Source of the DNA: a bacterium
Lineage (GTDB): Bacteria; SZUA-182; DTGQ01
Length of the DNA stretch: 64,000 bases
Reading direction: 5' to 3'
Assembly (NCBI GenBank): GCA_023512255.1
Contig: JAILZY010000006.1
Span: 13,585 to 77,584, forward strand
Part shown: in pieces, positions 8,964 through 17,400 of the stretch
Layout: every line of letters starts with the position of its first letter
How positions within the stretch are numbered: the first letter of the stretch is position 1
Position numbers and translations under genes: made by a program
The notes under the pieces: generated by a model
What the model saw: the letters and a program-made list of their open reading frames with translations, nothing else
Told to the model about the DNA's origin: nothing
Database searches by the model: none

Positions 8964-9344
8964 ATGGCTGCCTTGAAGGTATTGATTGTTGATGACTCTC
9001 TGGTAATGAGAAAACTAATTGTTAAGAGTCTCAAAGAGGTTGGCTTTGAGGTAGATCCGATCGAGGCCTCTGATGGGAAAGATGCCTTGCGGAAACTTGA
9101 TCCCAAAACAGTCAATTTGATTATCAGTGATTGGAATATGCCCCAAATGGATGGCCTCTCCTTCGTCAAAAAGGTTAGAGAAAACAAGGATACCAAGCGC
9201 ATTCCAATTATCATGCTCACAACCGAAGGGAGTATGGCCAAATTTGAGGAGGCGCTAAACTCTGGAGTCGATGATTACATTACCAAGCCGTTTACTCCTG
9301 ACAAGCTGAAGAAGAAACTGGAAAAGGTGATGGGGAAGAGCTGA
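8964..9344 (+). CDS. cheY: Chemotaxis response regulator CheY
   Basis: Single receiver domain (IVDDS, SDWNMP, MLTTE, YITKPF) directly upstream of cheX. Confidence 0.85.
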   Translation: MAALKVLIVDDSLVMRKLIVKSLKEVGFEVDPIEASDGKDALRKLDPKTVNLIISDWNMPQMDGLSFVKKVRENKDTKRIPIIMLTTEGSMAKFEEALNSGVDDYITKPFTPDKLKKKLEKVMGKS

Positions 9345-9365
9345 TTTAGAATCTGGAATAAGGAG

Positions 9366-9860
9366 ATGAGGTTTATGAATGAGAGATTATTCCAAAATAT
9401 CATCCAGGCCCTAATTCATTCTGCTCATGATGTTTTCCAGACAATGATTTTTATGGATATCCAGCCTAAGGAGCCTTTTGACAGAAAGGGGCTCGATTGT
9501 CTATCGGATATTACCGGTGTCATCTCGCTGACGGGAAGCGTTGTCGGCTCTATCATTCTCAGCATGGATACCCAATTTGCTCGGAAAGCGGTCTCGAACA
9601 TGCTCGGCGATCAAATCGAGTCTGAGCAGGAAGTCGTTGATGGGGTAGGAGAAATCACCAACATGGTAGTCGGCATGGCTAAAACGGAGCTCGCTAACCT
9701 CTCCTGTGATTTTGAAATTTCCGTACCGGTCATGATTGTTGGCAAAGGGTCAACGATCAAACATCTCTCCCTTGAGGGGAGCTCGCTGACTACTATCCCC
9801 TTTATGGCTGATGGTCAAACCATTTTTCATCTGGAACTGTATGCCAAGGATGCTCCCTGA
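9366..9860 (+). CDS. cheX: Chemotaxis phosphatase CheX
   Basis: ITGVISLTG, GEITNMVVG (ExxN motif) and FEISVP match CheX. Confidence 0.87.
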   Translation: MRFMNERLFQNIIQALIHSAHDVFQTMIFMDIQPKEPFDRKGLDCLSDITGVISLTGSVVGSIILSMDTQFARKAVSNMLGDQIESEQEVVDGVGEITNMVVGMAKTELANLSCDFEISVPVMIVGKGSTIKHLSLEGSSLTTIPFMADGQTIFHLELYAKDAP

Positions 9861-9874
9861 AGAGGCTAATCTTT

Positions 9875-9981
9875 CGCTCTTATTTATTAGCTACCATTGA
9901 GAGACATAATAAGAGCTAAGCCCCTTCGAGGGTTTATGGTTGTTCTGATATAGGGTTTATGGTGTCTGATATATAAGAGCG
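9875..9981 (+). mobile_element. MITE copy 1 (107 bp), CGCTCTTAT terminal inverted repeats
   Basis: Near-identical to the copies at 14053, 49537 and 57520. Flanks taatcttt/aacccttt match at only 5 of 8 positions (eroded target duplication). Confidence 0.88.
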
Positions 9982-10087
9982 AACCCTTTTTAAGCCTAAC
10001 TTTCTTTTTCTTTTTTCTCTCCCTTAGGAGAGAATTTGATTGCTCAAAATAGAGTTAATAGAGTTAGAGAAAAAATAAAAAATCTTA

Positions 10088-10117
10088 TTGACTCATCAGC
10101 ACTCTTAATGCTACTAT
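10088..10117 (+). promoter_or_regulatory. Candidate sigma-70 promoter (TTGACT-N18-TACTAT, extended -10 TGn)
   Basis: Motif match by eye about 320 bp upstream of the PilZ gene; no experimental support. Confidence 0.35.
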
Positions 10118-10435
10118 TATAAAAATTACCTAACAAGGTATTTTCTCTTCGAAACGTCTATCTCTCAAAGCAATTCAAGGCGAATAGTAACTAACCATGG
10201 CTGTCTTGGGTATTTTACTCAAGGGGCGATGGTATTCTTCTGAAAGCAGAAAGTGTGGAAAGACAAGTGGTTTTGTGGTCTAATCTATATGGTTTTAATC
10301 TATAAGCAGTACCATGTATAAGCAGTACAATGAGGGAAAAGGGATAAGAGATAAGAGTTATCGCTACTGAGTTAGTCATTATGATTATCTGGGTAGTCAG
10401 GATGATTATTTCAACAGCATCTCGATAGTAAGGAG

Positions 10436-11122
10436 ATGAGATCTGAACTAATGGCGGAAAGCATCTCTGCTCAAATTAAGGAAAGAGAGACAATTCTGGA
10501 TGTTGGTCTGGTAATTTTTATTCAACCGAAAGGAAGCCCCAAAAACATTCGCTATAAAACCGCAGTGGTAGGCTGGAAGACCGATTATCTTGTTATTATT
10601 GATATGCCCATATTAAATGGAACATATGTCAACCTGGTTGAGGGATCAAGCTGCATTGTTCGCTACATTCGCTGCGGTGATGCTTATGGATTTGAAACCA
10701 AAGTGATAAAAAATATCAATGACGCCAGACTCCCATTGATTTATCTTAGCTACCCAAAATCCGTGGAAAAGATTTCCCTTCGACAACACCCCAGAATTCA
10801 AACCCGAATACCGGTACAGATTGAGGTAGCGGTTGAGGAGGAGAAAAGGCGGGAAGTGAGGGGGAATATCTTGGACTTGAGCGTCGGAGGCTGCCTTCTG
10901 GAGATTGAAGGCGCTGCTTCTCAAAAAGTTGACCTGGATATTAACCAGAGACTAAAGCTTGTTTTTACCCTCAAAAACAGTGCAGAGTGCGTTGTAGAGA
11001 TTTTCGCCATGATCAAAAGGGTTCAGAAAACGCCGAATAATATCATGGCTGGTGCGCAATTTGTTGATTTATCTCCAGATAATTTTGAAAAAATTCGCCA
11101 TTTCTGTGAATCACTGACTTAA
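10436..11122 (+). CDS. c-di-GMP-binding PilZ-domain flagellar brake protein (YcgR-like)
   Basis: N-terminal PilZNR-like beta domain. Both c-di-GMP motifs are intact: RQHPR (RxxxR) and DLSVGG (DxSxxG). Confidence 0.85.
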   Translation: MRSELMAESISAQIKERETILDVGLVIFIQPKGSPKNIRYKTAVVGWKTDYLVIIDMPILNGTYVNLVEGSSCIVRYIRCGDAYGFETKVIKNINDARLPLIYLSYPKSVEKISLRQHPRIQTRIPVQIEVAVEEEKRREVRGNILDLSVGGCLLEIEGAASQKVDLDINQRLKLVFTLKNSAECVVEIFAMIKRVQKTPNNIMAGAQFVDLSPDNFEKIRHFCESLT

Positions 11123-11380
11123 AAGTGATGATAAGAGCCTACAGATTAAATAGCCTATCCAAGCCTCTGTCCGGGAGGATAATTCTGCTCTCACTTTGGG
11201 GGAGGTAGGGATGGTCGTTTATAAACTTCGCGATTTATGATAAAAATTGTGCTTACTTAGCTTGCTGAAATATATTTAGAGCACATTAATTTTGTGTATT
11301 AATTACGTATTGAATTGATTATGGTGATGGTTGTCCACAGTGGCTAAAAACAGGCTTCTCAACCCCCAGCAGGAACTTGT

Positions 11381-12763
11381 ATGGCCAGAAAAAACGTAAA
11401 GAATGTTCTGTTAGTTGATGACGAAAAAAAGATTCACGAGGCTCTCGCTGAATATTTTGATAGCAAATCCTACCGACTAATCAGTGTCTTTGATGGATAT
11501 GAGGCTCTGAAGAAAGTCGAGGAGGAGAAGGTTGATATAGTTCTTCTCGATATCAACCTGCCCGGCATGAGCGGTCTTGAGACCCTGCGAGAGCTTAAAA
11601 AGATCGACTCTCAGCTCATTGTCATCATCATAACCGGATACGGAACAGCAGACACAGCTATCGATGCCATGAAGTGCGGCTGCTACGATTACGTTACCAA
11701 ACCCTTCCGACTGATGGAGATCAAAAATGTAATCGAAGCTGCCCTAATTGACCGAGCCTACCATAAAAAAAATAGGATTACTACCTCTCTCCTTCCCTCT
11801 CAGGCCGGTAGCATACCGATTATTGGGCGAAGCAAAAAGATGCAGGAGGTGTATCGGCTCATTGCCAGAGTAATCAATACCGACTCAACGGTCCTGATTC
11901 AGGGCGAGAGCGGCACTGGCAAGGATTTGGTAGCTCGAATTCTCCACTTTAATGGACCGCGGGCCAACAAACCATTTGTTACTGTCAACTGTGCGGCTAT
12001 TCCAGAAAATCTCCTCGAGAGCGAGCTCTTCGGACATGAAAAAGGGGTCTATACCGGCGCCCATATCGCCAGAAGAGGAAAATTCGAGCAGGCTGATGGA
12101 GGGACCATATTCCTAGATGAAATCGGCGATATGAGTCTAAATACTCAGGCTAAAATTCTGCGGGTCATGCAGAGTAAAACCTTTACCCGAATTGGAGGGG
12201 AGAAAAATATTTACGCCGATGTTCGGTTGATTGCCGCCACAAATAAAGAGCTACGAAAGGCTATGAAAGAGGGGCTCTTTCGTGAGGACCTCTTCTATCG
12301 GCTCGATGTCCTTCCACTGACCCTGCCCTCGCTGAGAGAGAGGAAGGAGGACATTCCTGATCTGATCAACTATTTTATCGCCCGCTACAATGAGAGTATT
12401 AACAAAAAGGTCTCCTTTGTATCACCTGAGGCTATGGATTTGCTTATGCGGCATGACTGGCCGGGAAATGTCCGAGAGCTGGAGCATGCTATCGAGCATG
12501 CTATTGTTCTGGCCAACGGATATGTGTTGCTGCCCGAACACCTGCCTGACAGCATTAAGGTTCAGGCTCAGAAAAACACCTCTATTTCTTTGGAACTTGG
12601 TCTTTCCCTTGAAGAAGTGGAAAAATTTTATATTCAAGAGACCCTGAAGATGGTGAGTGGAAATCAAACCAAGGCAGCTAATATCCTGCGTATTCATCGA
12701 AATACCCTGCATCGCCTGATGGAAAAGATGAACATCAAGCCTACGAAGGATGACTACGCCTAA
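11381..12763 (+). CDS. Sigma-54-dependent two-component response regulator (NtrC/FleR family)
   Basis: Receiver domain (LVDDE, LLDINLP, KPF), AAA+ domain (GESGTGKD, FLDEIGDM, DLFYRL, WPGNVREL) and Fis-type HTH. Confidence 0.92.
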   Translation: MARKNVKNVLLVDDEKKIHEALAEYFDSKSYRLISVFDGYEALKKVEEEKVDIVLLDINLPGMSGLETLRELKKIDSQLIVIIITGYGTADTAIDAMKCGCYDYVTKPFRLMEIKNVIEAALIDRAYHKKNRITTSLLPSQAGSIPIIGRSKKMQEVYRLIARVINTDSTVLIQGESGTGKDLVARILHFNGPRANKPFVTVNCAAIPENLLESELFGHEKGVYTGAHIARRGKFEQADGGTIFLDEIGDMSLNTQAKILRVMQSKTFTRIGGEKNIYADVRLIAATNKELRKAMKEGLFREDLFYRLDVLPLTLPSLRERKEDIPDLINYFIARYNESINKKVSFVSPEAMDLLMRHDWPGNVRELEHAIEHAIVLANGYVLLPEHLPDSIKVQAQKNTSISLELGLSLEEVEKFYIQETLKMVSGNQTKAANILRIHRNTLHRLMEKMNIKPTKDDYA

Positions 12764-12802
12764 TCTGCCTTTTCTTTCTCCTTATTTCCTCTGCCGCTGA
12801 AA

Positions 12803-12890
12803 AGACTTTCAGCCTCGAAGAGAAGTTCAAGAGGGTGTCATGATCAGACTTTCAGCCTCGAAGAGAAGTTCAAGAGGGTGTCATGATCAG
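12803..12890. repeat. Perfect 43-bp tandem duplication
   Basis: agactttcagcctcgaagagaagttcaagagggtgtcatgatc occurs at 12803-12845 and 12846-12888. Confidence 0.97.
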
Positions 12891-13074
12891 CCGCCCCCTA
12901 TTTCCCCAAAAAAACATTGCCTACCTACTACAGATAAGTGCCCGACCATAAAAGGTTTATAACTTGAGATAATGACGTAGCAGTGGACAAGTGAAATAAT
13001 TATCCTGGCCAGTAGGTTATAACTCATTATGGTTGGTCGCTTATGATTTTTATTTTCAGAAGCCTATCGAAAAC

Positions 13075-14034
13075 CTATCGAAGCCAGTAAGGTTTTTTTA
13101 TTTCTTCAAAAGCATGGATCGCAGCGATAATACCCTCGGCGCAGGCAGTGGCTATCAGCTTTATCTCTCCGGTAACATCCCCGGCTGCAAATACTCCCTC
13201 GATATTGGTCTGAAGGTTTTGATCAACCCTGATTGAACCATCCTCCCTGACGATAAATCCGTTATTTTCAAGAAATCGTCTGATCGGCTCAAACCCTATG
13301 GCTATGAAAAGCTCATCAGCCTTTATACTCTCTGTTTTGCCTGTTTCAAGATCTACCACCTGGACGCCCTGAAGCAGGCCGGAAGCTTTTTTGGAAATTT
13401 TCACTGGGCTAGTGTGGTATAGCACTTTTACGCCCATCTGCTGGGCAAGCTTGACGCTGCTTTCCTTTGCCTTGGCATAAGCCTCCCTAACCAGAACGGT
13501 GGTTTTGGCTGCAACCTCGCTCAACTGGATAGCGGTGTCAAAGGCGTGGTCTCCACCACCCACAATCACTACCTCTTTTCCCTTGAACCTGGATGGAACT
13601 TCCACTCGATAGTGGACATTGGGACCGGTATAATTCTTCAATATCTCAAGCTTTTTGGGAACATTATAGGATCCGGTGCAGAGGATAACCCTTTTGGCCT
13701 GATACTCTCCCAGGCTGGTTTTTACCACGAGGGGTGGCGTTTCATCCTCTCTGCTGCTGGCTGATCTTTCAATTCTTACAACCTCTTCATCGCAGCGGAT
13801 CTGCGCTCCGGCATTCTGAGCCTGAATGACCAGCATCCTGCTCAGCTCTTTGCCCAAGATACCCACCGGAAAACCAGGGTGATCCCTGATGATCTTGTCA
13901 GGATAGACAAGTGTAGGCAACCCACCCGGAAAGCTCTGCTTTTCGATTACCAGACTCTTTAACCCTCGGTGAGCCGTATTGGCCGCAGCCGTTAAACCAG
14001 CAGGCCCTGCACCCACTATAAGCACGTCATACAT
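13075..14034 (-). CDS. Ferredoxin-NADP+ reductase, thioredoxin-reductase-like type (YumC family)
   Basis: GAGPAG FAD motif, GGLPTLVYPDKIIRDHPGF, GGGDHA NADPH motif and FAAGDV. No redox CxxC. Confidence 0.75.
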   Translation of the reverse strand: MYDVLIVGAGPAGLTAAANTAHRGLKSLVIEKQSFPGGLPTLVYPDKIIRDHPGFPVGILGKELSRMLVIQAQNAGAQIRCDEEVVRIERSASSREDETPPLVVKTSLGEYQAKRVILCTGSYNVPKKLEILKNYTGPNVHYRVEVPSRFKGKEVVIVGGGDHAFDTAIQLSEVAAKTTVLVREAYAKAKESSVKLAQQMGVKVLYHTSPVKISKKASGLLQGVQVVDLETGKTESIKADELFIAIGFEPIRRFLENNGFIVREDGSIRVDQNLQTNIEGVFAAGDVTGEIKLIATACAEGIIAAIHAFEEIKKPYWLR

Positions 14035-14052
14035 ACTGTGGATAATCCATTA

Positions 14053-14131
14053 CGCTCTCATATATCAGACACCATAAACCCTCAAAGGAGCTTAGCTCTT
14101 ATTAGGGAATGGTAGCTAATAAATAAGAGCG
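14053..14131 (-). mobile_element. MITE copy 2 (79 bp, internally deleted), inverted orientation
   Basis: Ends cgctctcat...ataagagcg with an exact 8-bp target duplication atccatta (14045-14052, 14132-14139). Confidence 0.92.
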
Positions 14132-14280
14132 ATCCATTAATGTAATGGTTAACTTTATCTTAATGGTTAATTTTCAATAATTCCCATAATTTTCCCATAT
14201 TTCCGTAATTTTTCTGTTTCGCAATCCGTTTCAGCATAATCATAATCTATATATATTTCACCATAAATATATTTCACCAT

Positions 14281-14334
14281 AAGAAAAAGAAAGGCCGCGG
14301 CGAATGCTGTCTCGCACACGGCCTTCTTTTTCTT
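14281..14334 (-). terminator. Probable intrinsic terminator downstream of the giant repeat-protein gene
   Basis: Inverted repeat aagaaaaagaaaggccg...cggccttctttttctt with a T-rich tail on both strands, about 110 bp past the 14444 stop. Confidence 0.55.
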
Positions 14335-14443
14335 CGACAAAATTCAAAATTTCCCTGACTATCCCTACTGGCTATCCCTATCTTTCAGCTATCCTCATAT
14401 GGACAGCTATCCTTAATATGGGATAGTTTTATGTAGGATACTT

Positions 14444-17400
14444 TTATGGCGTATACTTTCCACAGTTATAATCCTCAAGCTCCTTGAGCCACTTTTTGAT
14501 CTGGGTCTTCTGGCCCTTGGTCAATCTTGGGTACCATTGCCGAGAGCTATAGACAGCCAGAAAAGAATCGATCTCGCTGAGTAGCTCTTCGAGACTAGCC
14601 GAGTCGTTTATTTGAACGCTAGCCTCTGCGCCGCTTGCCAGATTTAATTTGCAGGCAAGCACCTGAGCATAGAGATTAGCCAGGTTGCTCATCCTGCTAA
14701 TCTGCTTCGGGGCAAGAATATCATAGACTTGATCGCAGGTGCTGATCTTGATACTCTGCTGGCCGCCTGGAGTCCCAAGCCAGATAGGCAGCAGGGATTT
14801 GAGATAGTCGGAGTCAGCATAAGCATCATCTTTCCATGAGGATAGGCTCCGTGGCCGAGGAGAGGGAGCGGCGGTTGCGGTTTGCGGTGCGCTGCTGGCC
14901 GCGGCTGTCAGGGTAATGGGCAGCGGCGTAGTTATGGCTGAGCAGCGATCCCAAGGAAGTTGATCCCACTGGCCGACACTGCCAGCGCAGCTTATCTCCT
15001 CTCCATTGGTTAGCCGCACAGCTTCAACCTTGGCGCTCAGACCTTCATTGGTGGTAACCTTGGCGCTGCCAGTATTGGTATCTTGACCATTGTAGAAGAT
15101 CGTCTGCGGTGCGCTGGTCGGCTCAAGCTTTTCTGCGGGGTTAAACTCTGTCCCAACCTTGATCAACAGGGTTCGACTCTCCAGAGCTGGGATGCTGCCC
15201 ACCGTCCAGGTCAGCTTTTCCTTCTCAAATCCGCCGGGGCTTGGCGGAGGGGCAATGATTACATGGGTGGGGTCGCTGGTTTCAAAGGGATAGGCTTCAT
15301 TGTTGAAGGTGTCGGTAACCACTACGCCAGTTAGGGGAGTATCATTGCAGTTTTCCACTGTGATCTCAACCAAAAAGTAGAACACCGGGCTACCTTGAGC
15401 TATCTCCTCTTTGACCGCGACCGGAATGATCCGGTCAGTGAGAAACAGGTTGTCCGAGGTGCGATAGGGGCCATTGATGGTCTTGGTCAGCTTCAGGCAG
15501 GGCTTTGCTGGCGACACTCCGAAGTAGCAGCTTGGATCTTTGGCTGTGAGCTCATTGCCAAGCGGATCAAGAGCAGTAGCAGTGCCAGTATTCTTATACT
15601 GTCCGGCCTGGGCTGTGCCAGTGGCCGTGCAGGTCATGGATTCACCTTGATCTAGGGTAGTTTTTGGACAGGTGATGAGACCTAGCTTATCATCAGATAC
15701 AGTAATGCCGGTAAGTTTAGTATTGCCGGTATTTTTAACTTCATAGGTCCAAGTAATCTGATTACCCACCGGAATTTCAGGACATGGAGTGGTATTGGCA
15801 TCCTGCCCATTGGTGAGTTTCTTGAGGCTGAGGCCGCTGGCTACGCCAAAGTAGCAGCTTGGATCTTCAGCCGTGAGCTCATTGCCGGATGGATCAAGAG
15901 CAGTAGCTGTGCCGTTATTCTTATACTGTCCGGCCTGGGCTATGCCTGTGGCCGTGCAGATCATGGACTCACCCACCCCTAGGCTGTCATTCGGGCAGTC
16001 GATTTCGCCTAGCTTATCATCGACTACCTTAATGTCGGAGAGGGTAGTATTGCCAGTATTTTTAACTTCATAGGTCCAGGTAACCTGATCGCCAACTTGG
16101 ATCAGTGGACCAGGGGAAGTATTGGCATCCTGCCCATTGGTGAGTTTCTTGAAGCTGAGGCCGCTGGCTACACCGAAATAATAGCTGGTGTCGGTGAAGA
16201 TAAGCTTTTCCCCTCCTGGGCCTGTGGCTGTAGCGGTGCCGGTATTTTTATACTGTCCGGCCTGGGCTGTGCCTTCAGCTTCGCAGGTCATAGATTCGTT
16301 CGGCTCCAGGGTGGTTTTTGGGCAGGTAACCGTAGACCCCTCACTGTCCGTCACGGTTACATTCGATATGGTGACATTGCTGGTATTGGTAACCTCATAT
16401 TTCCAGTAAACCGGATTGCCAACCGGAATCGAGGGGCCGGGTGGTGAATCAACATGCTGGTCATTGGTAAACTTCTTGATAGTAATTCCACAGGTGCAGC
16501 CAAAGTAATGGCTGGGATCTGAGTCCATAAACTCTCTCCCAAGCGTATCCAAGGCCTTGACGATCCCTACATTTTTATACTGGCCAGCTGTGGCTGTACC
16601 AGTGGCTTCGCAGGTCATGTACTCACCCACCGCTAGGCTATTCTTCGGACAGGCGATGGGACCTAGTTTATCATCATATACAGTAATGCCAGAGAGCGGG
16701 GTATTACCAGTATTGGTAACTTTATAGCTCCAGGTAACCAGACCACCAACTGGTATTGAGGGGCCGGGCGGTGAGTTAGCATCCTCACCATTGGTGCTCT
16801 TCTTGATGCTGACCCCGGCACTGACTCCAAAGTAATGGCTAGGGTCAGTGTCGATAAGCTGATTGCCGGTTGAGTCTTTGGCGGTAACCGTAGCCAGGTT
16901 GGCATACTGGCCGAGCGCGGCTGTACCAGAGGCTTCGCAGGTCATGGACTGACCAGGACCTAGAGTATTCTTCGGGCAGGTGATTAGGCCTAGCTTATCA
17001 TCAGATACGGTAATGCCAGTGAGAGTATCATCACCAGTGTTAGTAACTACGTAGCGCCAAGTAACCAGCCCACCAACGGGTATTGAGGGGCCGGGTGGTG
17101 AGTCAGCATCCTGGCCATTGGTGCTTTTCTTGATGTTGATCCCACTGGTGTAGCCGAAATAGTGACTAGGATCTTCGGCCGTGAGCTGATTTCCGAGAAT
17201 ATCTGTGGCCGTAGCTGTAGCTATATTTTTATACTGGCCAGCCCGGGCTATACCGCTGGCTGTACAGGTCATGGACTGACCAGGATCTAGCATAGTAGCA
17301 GGGCAGGTGATGGCGCCTATCTGATTGTCGACTACTTTGATATTACTGATCGGGATATTGCCAGTATTAGTTATCCGATAGGTCCAAAAAACCTGACTAC

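Noticed and set aside
10124-10435. c-di-GMP (GEMM) riboswitch upstream of the PilZ gene
   Set aside because: The GGCAAAC...GAAA...GACGCAAAG core could not be found; only scattered GAAA and ggtctaa words.
12803-12890. CRISPR repeat pair
   Set aside because: The two 43-bp units are directly adjacent with no spacer.
13075-14034. Thioredoxin reductase TrxB
   Set aside because: No CxxC redox motif; the N-terminal YPDKIIRD motif and GGGDHA fit the ferredoxin-NADP+ reductase subgroup.
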